Shown: positions 9,416 to 18,698 of the stretch, piece after piece
Position numbering within the stretch: position 1 is the first letter of the stretch
Layout of the letters: each line of letters begins with the position of its first letter
DNA from: an uncultured Spirochaetota bacterium
Lineage (GTDB): Bacteria > Spirochaetota > Brevinematia > Brevinematales > JAOACQ01
Direction of reading: 5' to 3'
DNA length: 64,000 nt
Assembly: GCA_963768055.1 (NCBI GenBank)
Contig: CAVYGN010000001.1
Coordinates: forward strand, 224,001 to 288,000
Made by a program: the position numbers and the translations under genes
Notes under the pieces: model-generated
Told to the model about the DNA's origin: nothing
What the model saw: the letters and a program-made list of their open reading frames with translations, nothing else
The model's database searches: none

Positions 9416-10086
9416 ATCTTTTTTGAATGCAGAATATCCTGATCTTCAAACATCATATCAATTTCTATATTATAAGATAAGATTATATTTTCAGTATTTT
9501 CAACAGATTCGGGAATTTTATCAAATATCTTATTGAATGCATCGACCGCTTCGGGGGAAAACTGGTCACCTGAGTGGTTATTTATCTCTTTATAAGCATA
9601 TTCATAAGAGAGCTTCTTTCGATAAGTCCTGTTCGAAGTAATTGCATCAAAACTATCAGCGACGGCAATAATACGTGATTGAAAAGGTATGTCTTCACCG
9701 GAAAGATTTGAGGGATAGCCCAGCCCGTCAAATCTTTCATGATGGTATAAAACAATTTCCGCTATTTCATTGAATATTGGAAGATGTTTTAGGATGGTGT
9801 TACCTATCGCCGAGTGTTTTTGTATAATGAATAATTCATTTTTATCAAGAGCACCGGGTTTGTTCAAAATAAAATCAGGGATACCTATCTTTCCTATATC
9901 ATGCATATGGGCGGCATAATGAATGATTTCAATTTGATTATCGGGCAAATTCATTTCTTCCGCAATCAGCAACGATACGGCTGCAACCCTTTCAGAATGT
10001 GAATAAGTATATGGATCGCGGAAATTCAGAATATTATTGACAATATCTATTAATTCATCTACAGAAAGATTGTGATCTTTTATCAT
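9412..10086 (-). CDS. Stand-alone HD-GYP phosphodiesterase
   Basis: HSERVA, HDIGKIG, HHERFDGLGYP, VADSFDA. Start moved to ATG 10086 (MIKDHNL), which has a purine-rich RBS. Confidence 0.9.
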   Translation of the reverse strand: MIKDHNLSVDELIDIVNNILNFRDPYTYSHSERVAAVSLLIAEEMNLPDNQIEIIHYAAHMHDIGKIGIPDFILNKPGALDKNELFIIQKHSAIGNTILKHLPIFNEIAEIVLYHHERFDGLGYPSNLSGEDIPFQSRIIAVADSFDAITSNRTYRKKLSYEYAYKEINNHSGDQFSPEAVDAFNKIFDKIPESVENTENIILSYNIEIDMMFEDQDILHSKKI

Positions 10087-10250
10087 TAAATATCTTCCCC
10101 TTTGATTTACTACAATATACCGGGACAGTAAACTTTGAAAACGCCGGTGCATGATTATAACATGGAGTTTAATGTTTTGCGGTTTTATTATACTTCATAA
10201 TTATTTTGTCTTATATTCGGTCGAAATATCGGCCAATATGAATTTACCTC

Positions 10251-10279
10251 TTGACTCGATATTAAAAATAAGATACAAT
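10251..10279 (+). promoter_or_regulatory. Sigma70-like promoter TTGACT-N17-TACAAT
   Basis: Seen directly; it lies inside the ORF-track N-terminal extension and supports a start at 10313. Confidence 0.55.
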
Positions 10280-10312
10280 CAGTCATTAAAGAATATTAAT
10301 AGCGGTATCAAA

Positions 10313-10645
10313 ATGGAACAGATGTTTTACGAAGGAAATTACAGTGTTGCTGTTAAAAATGGGACTGTAGAAATCATCGGGAAAGTCGATTCCATAGATT
10401 ACTCGAAGTTAATATCATATCTGAGTACGAATATCGATCAGTCAGGTTTTGAAAATATCAGTATCGATTTCAGAAAAGCAATTTTCATCAATTCCCTTGG
10501 TATTAAAGTTTTCGCGCGTTTCATTTATACCGCTAAGAGCAGAATTGTTTTAATAATCGATTCCTCCATTGAATGGCAGAATATCGCAATCGCACCGCTA
10601 GTTAATATCAGACCGGATGGGCAGGCTATCTTAAGGGCTTATTAA
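10313..10645 (+). CDS. STAS-domain protein (anti-sigma antagonist-like, slr1659-like)
   Basis: IDFRKAIFINSLGI with phospho-acceptor-position Ser, plus WQ motif; paralog of 11580-11903. Confidence 0.7.
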   Translation: MEQMFYEGNYSVAVKNGTVEIIGKVDSIDYSKLISYLSTNIDQSGFENISIDFRKAIFINSLGIKVFARFIYTAKSRIVLIIDSSIEWQNIAIAPLVNIRPDGQAILRAY

Positions 10646-10663
10646 ATAAGGCTGCTGTTTTTG

Positions 10664-11356
10664 TTATTTATATATCTTCCTGATAGAAGCGACAATTATC
10701 CCCAGGATGTATTTTTTATCATCTTTCCCAAAGTTTTTCATATTAATTATATCATCATTTTCAAGCACGGTATTTTGAGATTCCGATAATGAATGAAGAA
10801 ACTTTTCAATCATATTCTGGTTGACCTGTATGGAATAAAAGGAATCTCCGGTACTGTTGAATAGCTGGCAAATTTCAATTTTGTTTCCACTGCGCATGGC
10901 ATAATATCTTTTATCTACAACCCGGCTGAAACCCCGGCGAATGATATGTGTGATATTTTCCGCCTCTTTAAATAGAAAATAGATATTGTCGATTTCTTCC
11001 TGGGTAAGGTTTGATATTTTGTCATCAAAGATATCATTATCGATGATATCCAGCGAAACCTTTTCATATTTGTAAGTGTTGTTCCAATCGTCAAAAGCAA
11101 AAAGCAACTCATCTTTTGAAAAATCAGAGAAGATCCTGAGTGAAATCAAAGGGCTCCTGGCAGGCAGGAAATATTCGACTGGTTGTTTAAAAACTATGGA
11201 AAGTTTTTCAATATCTTCATATTGGGGCATTCTCTCATTTTGCTCCCATTTTGAAACAAGATTGGACGATACCTTCAATTGATCGGCTAATTCTATTTGC
11301 GTCCAGTTTTCTTTTTTTCTGAACATTCTTATTTTATCGCCGATAGTCATAAACAT
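10664..11356 (-). CDS. XRE-family HTH transcriptional regulator
   Basis: IGDKIRMFRKKENWTQIELADQLKVSSNLVSKWEQNERMP N-terminal HTH; unknown C-terminal domain. Confidence 0.85.
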   Translation of the reverse strand: MFMTIGDKIRMFRKKENWTQIELADQLKVSSNLVSKWEQNERMPQYEDIEKLSIVFKQPVEYFLPARSPLISLRIFSDFSKDELLFAFDDWNNTYKYEKVSLDIIDNDIFDDKISNLTQEEIDNIYFLFKEAENITHIIRRGFSRVVDKRYYAMRSGNKIEICQLFNSTGDSFYSIQVNQNMIEKFLHSLSESQNTVLENDDIINMKNFGKDDKKYILGIIVASIRKIYK

Positions 11357-11480
11357 TTCCTTGTATTATTTTACTATATATAAATTATTATTTCAAGAGA
11401 AAAGAAAATTTTATTAAAAAATTAATTTCAAATTATTACAATGTTTTATTATATATTAATAAAATACAATAATAATTGAT

Positions 11481-11536
11481 AAAATGTACATTATTGTACA
11501 TTTTCTATTGACAAAAAAATTTACTTGTGATAATAT
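11481..11536 (+). promoter_or_regulatory. Palindromic operator AAAATGTACA-N4-TGTACATTTT abutting promoter TTGACA-N17-TAATAT
   Basis: Perfect 10-bp inverted repeat at 11481-11504; -35 at 11508-11513; -10 at 11531-11536; lies between the divergent XRE gene and the signalling operon. Confidence 0.65.
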
Positions 11537-11579
11537 AGGATAATAGCGCATAAGGTATTATTAATTCTGGAGGCAGATT

Positions 11580-11903
11580 ATGGAGTATAAAGACGAGGCG
11601 TTCACAATTACTTTTGAAGGAACGAAAATTTCGTTTAAAGGTAAAATCGAAAAATCGAATTATGAAGATCTATCGGCCTTTCTCAAAAAGGTTGATAATA
11701 ATGTCAACGATACCGAAATACAGGTTGATCTTCGCCAGCTTGATTTTCTGAACTCCAGCGGTATAAGGAGCCTTGCGGTATTTTTCCTTGAATCAAAAAA
11801 GAATATCAGGATTATCATAGATCCGGGCAAGACCTGGCAAAAGGTCGGAATTACTCCTCTTGAAAGTTTAAGAGAAGCAGGAAAGGTAAAAGTTTCCGAA
11901 TAA
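11580..11903 (+). CDS. STAS-domain protein (slr1659-like)
   Basis: VDLRQLDFLNSSGIRSL, WQ motif, GGAGG RBS. Confidence 0.8.
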   Translation: MEYKDEAFTITFEGTKISFKGKIEKSNYEDLSAFLKKVDNNVNDTEIQVDLRQLDFLNSSGIRSLAVFFLESKKNIRIIIDPGKTWQKVGITPLESLREAGKVKVSE

Positions 11904-11923
11904 ATATATTTTGAGAGGGATTT

Positions 11924-12451
11924 ATGGAAGATACTACTGATTACCAGAATATCAAAAAACATCAGGATTTTGAATATTTTTTCCGTTTTATGAAAACGGA
12001 AGATAATTTTGAAGAATTATGGAGGATGAAATCAAGTGCGCGTGAAAGCTTAAAAGAATGGCTGATGTCTACTCACGCTGTCCCGAAAAAGGCTGAAGTA
12101 ATTTCAAATTCGGCAAGCGAACTTATTGAGAATTGTATTAAATATTCAATAATGAACGCCCACTCATTCGTATATATTCAGGTAATGGGAAAGACAGTCA
12201 CAATTGAGACGATGAATTCATCAAACCCCGAACAAAAAAGTAAGATCGCAGAATACATGCATTTCATAAATACTAATTCCAAGGACAATCCCACAAGATT
12301 ATATCTGGAAAAGATAGCAGAATCGGTCCATACAGGTAAAAGCCAGATCGGACTTCTCAAGATTCTGATGGAAACTAAAGGCACCCTGGAAATGGTTGAC
12401 CATCCGGGAGAGGAAAATATTGTTCACATCAGGGTCAGGATGAACGTCTGA
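11924..12451 (+). CDS. GHKL/anti-sigma-type Ser kinase-like protein (slr1658/SiaB-like)
   Basis: N-box ASELIENCIKYS; G2-like SQIGLLKI. Confidence 0.65.
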   Translation: MEDTTDYQNIKKHQDFEYFFRFMKTEDNFEELWRMKSSARESLKEWLMSTHAVPKKAEVISNSASELIENCIKYSIMNAHSFVYIQVMGKTVTIETMNSSNPEQKSKIAEYMHFINTNSKDNPTRLYLEKIAESVHTGKSQIGLLKILMETKGTLEMVDHPGEENIVHIRVRMNV

Positions 12452-12476
12452 GTTCCGGCTTTAGGGGGATAAGATC

Positions 12477-12995
12477 TTGACTGATGATATCAGGTATAGG
12501 GAAACCAGAGATTTTGAATACTATTTTCGTTTTAAGAAACTCCCTGAAAACTTTGAGGAACTATGGAGAATGAAATCATCGGCCCGGGAAAGCCTCAAGG
12601 AATGGCTTGTTGCAGTTAAAGCCGGATTCAAAACGGCTGAAGTGATCGCGAATTCGGCCAGTGAACTTATAGAGAACTGCATTAAATATTCCGTTATAAA
12701 CACCTTTTCTTCTATTTATATCTCGGTCATGGACGGCTTTGTACGGATAGAAACAGTCAACACCGCGTCTGATAATAACAAAAAGGTGCTGACACAATTC
12801 ATAGAAATTATTAATTCTCAGAAGGAATCCCTTGCATCTCTATTTTTAAAAAAAATCATGGACTATGCAGAAAACATTACCAGTCAGATAGGCCTTATTA
12901 AGATAATGATGGAATCGAGGGGCGTTATCCGCCTTATCGACAATAGTAAAGAAAACGATATTGTTTGTCTCAGGTTTGAAATGAAAACAAATTAA
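12477..12995 (+). CDS. Second GHKL/anti-sigma-type kinase-like paralog
   Basis: Shares ENFEELWRMKSSARESLKEWL and SASELIENCIKYS with the preceding gene; TTG start after GGGGGA. Confidence 0.65.
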   Translation: MTDDIRYRETRDFEYYFRFKKLPENFEELWRMKSSARESLKEWLVAVKAGFKTAEVIANSASELIENCIKYSVINTFSSIYISVMDGFVRIETVNTASDNNKKVLTQFIEIINSQKESLASLFLKKIMDYAENITSQIGLIKIMMESRGVIRLIDNSKENDIVCLRFEMKTN

Positions 12996-13010
12996 AGGGG
13001 CCTTTTTAAT

Positions 13011-14237
13011 ATGACTGAAATAGAAATCACCAGGGCAATTATAATTATAGCCTTATATCTATCCGTTGCCGCTTTATCTTTATTTTTACTTACCGGCAAA
13101 TATTCTGGTATAATATTATCGGCGATCGGCGCCCTGTGCCTTTTAATATTTATTCCGGCCGGTTCAATACCCGGTTACTCATTTGGGGCAGGAATCGTCC
13201 TGGAAGGGTTTATACTTTTTTTTTACCGGCTTAAGGAGAAGAGGGAGAAGTATTCTCTAATTAAGGATAAAGTTTCATATGAATCCGGTAATCAAATGAC
13301 TATTTTAAAGGATGACCTTGGAAGGAACCTGTCGGAAATTAACGGAATGATTAAAGCTTATTCAGGTAAAGTTGATACCCTTTTCTTTTCATCGCTGGAA
13401 TTGAATTCCAAGGTCAACAAGACTTATGAAGATTGGCAGCAGCTTATGGATTCCATTGAAGGTATCGACACCGAGGTCGATAAACAGGATAAGGTTGTCG
13501 AACTTGATATATTAAAACAGCAGGAGCTATACCGGAAACTTGAAAGCCTGATGGAAACCGTGCATAACGCCGGGGAAATCAATAAAGTTTTAAAAGATAA
13601 CGCTGAAATGGGAAAATCGGGCCTGAATACGGTTTCCGAATCAAACAAAAAGTTTTTTAATTACCAGAAAAAAATGACGGCTATTAATAAACTGATACTC
13701 GATATTGCGGTCAGGACACACATTCTCTCCCTGAACGCGTCTATCGAAGCTACAAAAGCCGGGAATTACGGCCATGGTTTTTCAATCGTGGCGGCGGAAG
13801 TAAGGCGCCTGGCGGATGAAACACGCCGTCAATCCGGAGAAATAAACAATCTAATTAGCGGCATGAACACTGAAATAGATGTCAGTATCCATGTAATGGA
13901 TGATGTATATAATAACCTCATGATGATATTGGAGGGCATCGAAAAGTCATACCCGGTTATTACCGGGATCGGCGAAGCGATGACTCAAATCATGGAAGGA
14001 GGGAAGCTGACACGGGAGAATATCCGTAGTTTGAAGCAGGGCATGTTTTTAATTAAAGAAAATACCGAAAAGGAAGGAAAGATAGCCCGGGATTATTATA
14101 ATACCTTTATCAGCTTGAAGGATTACTTTATCATGCTTGCAAAAACTATTGACGAATTGAAGGATTATAACCAGAAATCATTTAATTTTCTTAAGAACAT
14201 CGATTTCCTTAAAGATTCCCCTAAAATGGAGGGCTAG
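13011..14237 (+). CDS. Membrane-anchored methyl-accepting chemotaxis-like protein
   Basis: N-terminal TM helices; signalling tip IAVRTHILSLNASIEATKAGNYGHGFSIVAAEVRRLA. Confidence 0.8.
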   Translation: MTEIEITRAIIIIALYLSVAALSLFLLTGKYSGIILSAIGALCLLIFIPAGSIPGYSFGAGIVLEGFILFFYRLKEKREKYSLIKDKVSYESGNQMTILKDDLGRNLSEINGMIKAYSGKVDTLFFSSLELNSKVNKTYEDWQQLMDSIEGIDTEVDKQDKVVELDILKQQELYRKLESLMETVHNAGEINKVLKDNAEMGKSGLNTVSESNKKFFNYQKKMTAINKLILDIAVRTHILSLNASIEATKAGNYGHGFSIVAAEVRRLADETRRQSGEINNLISGMNTEIDVSIHVMDDVYNNLMMILEGIEKSYPVITGIGEAMTQIMEGGKLTRENIRSLKQGMFLIKENTEKEGKIARDYYNTFISLKDYFIMLAKTIDELKDYNQKSFNFLKNIDFLKDSPKMEG

Positions 14238-14238
14238 C

Positions 14239-15243
14239 ATGGATAGAGCTGCAAATCCTGATATCCTTGAAAAAATGCTGGCGGGAATATCCGATGCAGT
14301 CATATATACCGATCTTAAATTGAAAATTTACTTTTATAAGGGCGGGGCTCAAAAAATTTTTGGTTATCTTGAAAGTGAGGTTAAAGGAAAAGAGCTGTCA
14401 TTCCTGATAGACAATATAGCAACAATTTATAAGGAATCAGTTAATTTTGGCCCGGTCAAAGACTTAATATGCAAAAACAAGGATGGAAAGGACGTTAAAG
14501 CTGACCTGATAAACTGTACGGTGTCCGAAAGAGAGGGAATAGTATGGATTTTCAGGGAACAGACTGAAAGGAACCTTGTTGAGATTTTTCTTGATATGTA
14601 TCATGACAATATTGAAAGGGAACTTTTGCGCCAGGTCAATGAAAAAACTCATGCCCTTGAAAATCTAACCCTCGCACTTGTCAATGCCCTTGAAAACGCC
14701 AACCTCCTGAACGATACCGAGACGGGCAGTCATATTATAAGGGTAAGCGAGTTTTCCGGCCTTCTTGCCGAATGCCTGAATGCAAGCCCTGACTTTATTA
14801 AACGGATCAAGCTTTATTCCCCTCTCCATGACGCAGGAAAGGTCGGCATTCCCGACCGGCTGTTGAAAAAACATGGAAGATATACGCCTTCGGAAGCAAA
14901 ACTCATGCAGGAGCATGTCATAATTGGAGGCAGGATGCTTGAGAGTAAGGAAATCGACGATATGGCTAGAAATATTGTGCTTTACCATCATGAAAAATGG
15001 GATGGAAGCGGTTATGTTAAAGGCCTTAAAGGCGAAGAAATACCTTATGAAGCGAGGATAGTCGCTGTAGCAGATATATACGACGCCCTGCTTTCGAAGA
15101 GGGTGTATAAAGAGGCTTACCCGAAGGAAAAGGCGCATAAAATCATAAAAGAGCTGGGAGGAACCGAGCTTGATCCCGTTATCGTAAAGGCCCTGCTGGA
15201 TAATTCCGCCAGATTTGAAGATCTTTTCGACCGTAACAACTAA
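14239..15243 (+). CDS. PAS + HD-GYP phosphodiesterase (GYV variant)
   Basis: PAS N-terminus; HIIRVS, HDAGK, HHEKWDGSGYV, VADIYDAL. Confidence 0.88.
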   Translation: MDRAANPDILEKMLAGISDAVIYTDLKLKIYFYKGGAQKIFGYLESEVKGKELSFLIDNIATIYKESVNFGPVKDLICKNKDGKDVKADLINCTVSEREGIVWIFREQTERNLVEIFLDMYHDNIERELLRQVNEKTHALENLTLALVNALENANLLNDTETGSHIIRVSEFSGLLAECLNASPDFIKRIKLYSPLHDAGKVGIPDRLLKKHGRYTPSEAKLMQEHVIIGGRMLESKEIDDMARNIVLYHHEKWDGSGYVKGLKGEEIPYEARIVAVADIYDALLSKRVYKEAYPKEKAHKIIKELGGTELDPVIVKALLDNSARFEDLFDRNN

Positions 15244-15268
15244 AATTATTCAAGAGGTAGATAATTAT

Positions 15269-16339
15269 ATGCCCTATATAAAATTCTTTTTATTGATAAT
15301 AGCAGGTCTGGTTTTGCTGCTGGCGGGATGCGCAATATTCATTCTGGATTTCTTCGGAATAAACCCGGGCGGGATATCTATGGCCGTTGTCTTTACCTGC
15401 TTAATGTTGAATGTATGCCTGGGATTATATTATCTTGTAAAAAACTACAGTACATGGCAGTCTTTTAACAACGAGGAGTTTAAAGAAAAATTCATACCGG
15501 GTCCGGGAATGATGCTGGAAATAATGCATCATGCGATTGTACAGAAAAAGGCTATTATTCAACTTGAGAATGCGATCGAGGAGGATAAAAAGATCGATAA
15601 CGCAATGGCGAAATACTTTGACGCTCTCTATACGGAACTCCTGAAACTGGCAGACCAGAGGGAAAAGGAATTACAAAAAGACAAGTTTATCGACAGGGTT
15701 ATGGAAGCCATCTATGATAATATTCACATTGCCCTTCATGATATGGTAAATGAGAAAACCAATAACCTTGAAGAAGCCCAGAATACTATAAAGAAATATG
15801 AAACATATATAAAGGAAATAATTCATGAAAAAACAAAAAAACTTAATGAAGAAAACTTGAAATTGAGGGAGATGGCAATCACCGATGATCTGACCGGTTT
15901 GTGCAACCGCAGGGGTTTTATGATGTTAACCCAGGAAAGAATGAATGAAGCGGTACGGCAGAAACAAAGAATATCTCTTCTGTTTATTGATATTGATAAC
16001 TTCAAGGGAATTAATGACGCATTCGGTCATGATGAAGGCGACTATCTTCTTAAGCAGACTGCCAAAGTGCTCTGCAGCAGCCTGAGGAGTGATGATATAA
16101 TAAGCAGGTATGGCGGAGATGAGTTTGTCGTTTTTATGCAGTCGGTAGATACGGATGCGGTCATAACGAGAATCGATCAGAATTGTGAAAAATTCAACAG
16201 GGATTCTTCAAAGGTTTATAAGTTATCGCTCTCAATAGGGAACTGTTCGCTTTTCCCTGATTCGCAGAATGCCATTGACATTATGATCAGGGAGGCTGAC
16301 AATAAAATGTACCTTAATAAATCGATCAGAAAAAGATAG
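15269..16339 (+). CDS. Membrane-anchored diguanylate cyclase
   Basis: 2 TM, coiled coil, RSDD I-site and RYGGDEF; start at ATG 15269 after GAGG. Confidence 0.9.
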   Translation: MPYIKFFLLIIAGLVLLLAGCAIFILDFFGINPGGISMAVVFTCLMLNVCLGLYYLVKNYSTWQSFNNEEFKEKFIPGPGMMLEIMHHAIVQKKAIIQLENAIEEDKKIDNAMAKYFDALYTELLKLADQREKELQKDKFIDRVMEAIYDNIHIALHDMVNEKTNNLEEAQNTIKKYETYIKEIIHEKTKKLNEENLKLREMAITDDLTGLCNRRGFMMLTQERMNEAVRQKQRISLLFIDIDNFKGINDAFGHDEGDYLLKQTAKVLCSSLRSDDIISRYGGDEFVVFMQSVDTDAVITRIDQNCEKFNRDSSKVYKLSLSIGNCSLFPDSQNAIDIMIREADNKMYLNKSIRKR

Positions 16340-16347
16340 GGAATCTT

Positions 16348-17967
16348 ATGGAAAAAAGAATAAATGGCGACCTGGCCTCATCCGTTATTGCCGACTCGAG
16401 CATGGGTATATTGATCTTAACAAAAGAACTGAAATGCATATATGTTAATCCTGCAGTCGAAAAAATAACCGGGTACGCCCCTGAGACGCTAATAAATACC
16501 AAAGCATTGACAACGCTTTACAATGTTGATGAAAAATATAGAGATATTGAAAATATTTTTTTAAATATGAAGGATAAGGATGTAATCGAAAAGGATGTTA
16601 AAATAATCAAAAAAAGCGGCGATCCAGTCTCTATCAATATGTCGGGTTTTGGAACGAAGACAAGGGCAGGGGATTTTCTGATCATGATTATCCAGGACAT
16701 CTCGAACAAAAAGGTCGTTGAAAAAATGCTCGAATCGAGTATTGACGGCTTCATACAAACAACTATAAACCTCGATCAGGCAATAAAGACAATAAATGAA
16801 CAGAAAAATGCGCTTGATCTCTATAAAAAAAATATTGAGAGGGAGCTCGATATAGCCCGGTCAGTACAGAGAAACATAACTCCGGAAAATTTTTTTTCAA
16901 ACGATTTTGTCAGCATGTGGGGTGCTTCCATGCCAAGCACAGAACTCTCCGGGGATTATTTCGATTATTTTATGTTCGACACATCGAAACTTGGAGTAGT
17001 TATAGCGGATGTTTCAGGTCATGGGGTGCCTTCGGCTCTGATTACAACAATGATCAAGGTTTGTTTCGATCGTTATGCCAGGGAATATGTGGAAGTTGAA
17101 AATGTCTTCAAACTTGTAAATAAAGAGATTGTAAATATCCTCAGGGATACCGGTTTTTATCTGACCGCATTTTACAGTGTAATAGATCTTGATATTATGA
17201 CTATCTCATGTGCAAGCGCCGGCCATGACTCCGCCCTGTGCTATTATCCTGAAAATGATGAAGTGATCGAAATCGGTATAACCGGTAAGGGAAGCATTAT
17301 AGGATGTTTTGATAATGCGGAGTATGAGTCCCGCAAGTATAACCTTAAAAAAGGCTGCAAACTTATCTTTTTTACCGACGGCTTTACGGAGGCCCGTAAT
17401 AAGAACGGAGAATTTTTCGGGAAAAACCGCTTGAAAGAGTATTTAAAGGAAAACAACAAACTTCCAGCGAAGGATTTCGGCGAATCATTGATATGCCTTT
17501 TAGACAAATATTATGAAGGGGCTGAGCCGAACGACGATAGAACGCTTTTCATCATTGACATAATTAATGTTCCTGATTTAAATGCTATGCAGGGTGATAA
17601 AATAGAATCGATAATAGATACCGCTTTTAAAAACGGGCGTAAGTATATTAAAAATAAAGAATTTAATGCCGCTATCAATGAATTTCAAAAGGTAGTCGAT
17701 CTGGACAGCGGCAATTTCGGCGCTTATTCCTATCTGGGCCAAATCTTCGGAATTCTCAGGGACTTTAATAAGGCCGAGAAATTTCTTTCTAAATCAATTG
17801 AATTGAACAGCAGTTATATAGAGGGTTATTATTACATGGGAAGCTTATTGTATAATCAGAAGAGATTCACGGACGCTAAAGTTTACTGGATGAAATTGAA
17901 AAACATGGCTGATAATTTCAGGAATATCAACTACTATCTTAAAAAAATCGATCAGATGAATATCTAG
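16348..17967 (+). CDS. PAS + SpoIIE/PP2C phosphatase + TPR protein
   Basis: SGDYFD, IADVSGHGVPSAL, FFTDGFTEA, DDRT; C-terminal TPR repeats. Confidence 0.9.
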   Translation: MEKRINGDLASSVIADSSMGILILTKELKCIYVNPAVEKITGYAPETLINTKALTTLYNVDEKYRDIENIFLNMKDKDVIEKDVKIIKKSGDPVSINMSGFGTKTRAGDFLIMIIQDISNKKVVEKMLESSIDGFIQTTINLDQAIKTINEQKNALDLYKKNIERELDIARSVQRNITPENFFSNDFVSMWGASMPSTELSGDYFDYFMFDTSKLGVVIADVSGHGVPSALITTMIKVCFDRYAREYVEVENVFKLVNKEIVNILRDTGFYLTAFYSVIDLDIMTISCASAGHDSALCYYPENDEVIEIGITGKGSIIGCFDNAEYESRKYNLKKGCKLIFFTDGFTEARNKNGEFFGKNRLKEYLKENNKLPAKDFGESLICLLDKYYEGAEPNDDRTLFIIDIINVPDLNAMQGDKIESIIDTAFKNGRKYIKNKEFNAAINEFQKVVDLDSGNFGAYSYLGQIFGILRDFNKAEKFLSKSIELNSSYIEGYYYMGSLLYNQKRFTDAKVYWMKLKNMADNFRNINYYLKKIDQMNI

Positions 17968-18066
17968 GGCCGTTCAAACAATAAAAAATTGTGTATTGTT
18001 TTGAATCCGGCGGAAAAGGGGATGCTCTGAGAGATCTCTCCGTTTCTCTGTGCCTCCGTGTAAAAT

Positions 18067-18095
18067 TTGACACGACCGTTATGATGAATTATATT
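18067..18095 (+). promoter_or_regulatory. Sigma70-like promoter TTGACA-N17-TATATT
   Basis: Seen directly upstream of the YHS small gene. Confidence 0.5.
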
Positions 18096-18124
18096 TTATC
18101 CGGTCTAACCGGCGGAGGTGATTT

Positions 18125-18280
18125 ATGAAAGTGAAAGATCCGGTATGCGGAATGGAATTTGAAAAATTTGAAGCACAGGCCGAATTCGAGATCGAGGACA
18201 AGGATTTCTATTTCTGTTCAACGGAATGCAGGGATGAATTTTGCAAAAACCCGAAGAAGTACATGAAGGCTGCGGTATAA
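18125..18280 (+). CDS. YHS/TRASH-domain small metal-binding protein (51 aa, absent from ORF track)
   Basis: MKVKDPVCGMEFEKFEAQAEFEIEDKDFYFCSTECRDEFCKNPKKYMKAAV; DPVCGM and YFCS..C motifs; GGAGGTG RBS. Confidence 0.88.
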   Translation: MKVKDPVCGMEFEKFEAQAEFEIEDKDFYFCSTECRDEFCKNPKKYMKAAV

Positions 18281-18282
18281 AA

Positions 18283-18630
18283 TTATTTTTTATTTGTCAG
18301 CAGCAGGCTTTCATATTCCGACTTTATTTCTTTATTTTGCGGATAATCTTTAGGAATGATCTGCAGTGCCATCCGGAGCATATTAAGGTTGGGCTCCTGT
18401 CTGCACCATTTAGCGATATCTCCGGCTAAAATACAAGAGTATTTACTATTATGATATTTATTAAAAAAAACCGATGCGTCTTTTAATGACATAGATGATA
18501 AAACCCTTTCATATTCTTTTTTATCCTGCTCGAATAAGGTTAAATAAAGAACAATTGAAAACAAAATAAATAAAAAGATCGCTGAAAAAACCAAACGGCT
18601 TCTCTTGATCTTTGGATTATTTTTATCCAT
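18283..18630 (-). CDS. Hypothetical single-TM protein
   Basis: ORF with one hydrophobic helix; start uncertain (18630-18687). Confidence 0.5.
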   Translation of the reverse strand: MDKNNPKIKRSRLVFSAIFLFILFSIVLYLTLFEQDKKEYERVLSSMSLKDASVFFNKYHNSKYSCILAGDIAKWCRQEPNLNMLRMALQIIPKDYPQNKEIKSEYESLLLTNKK

Positions 18631-18698
18631 GCAGTCCATTCCAAAAAAGCTTATATGGCCCCTTCGAGCCTTTATCGAGAAGGCCATATAATAAAGTT

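Noticed and set aside
10151..10312. N-terminal extension of the STAS ORF (and similar extensions at 10087-10152, 28286-28381, 30698-30862)
   Set aside because: These overlap promoter elements or intergenic AT-rich DNA; downstream ATGs with better RBS or domain boundaries are preferred.
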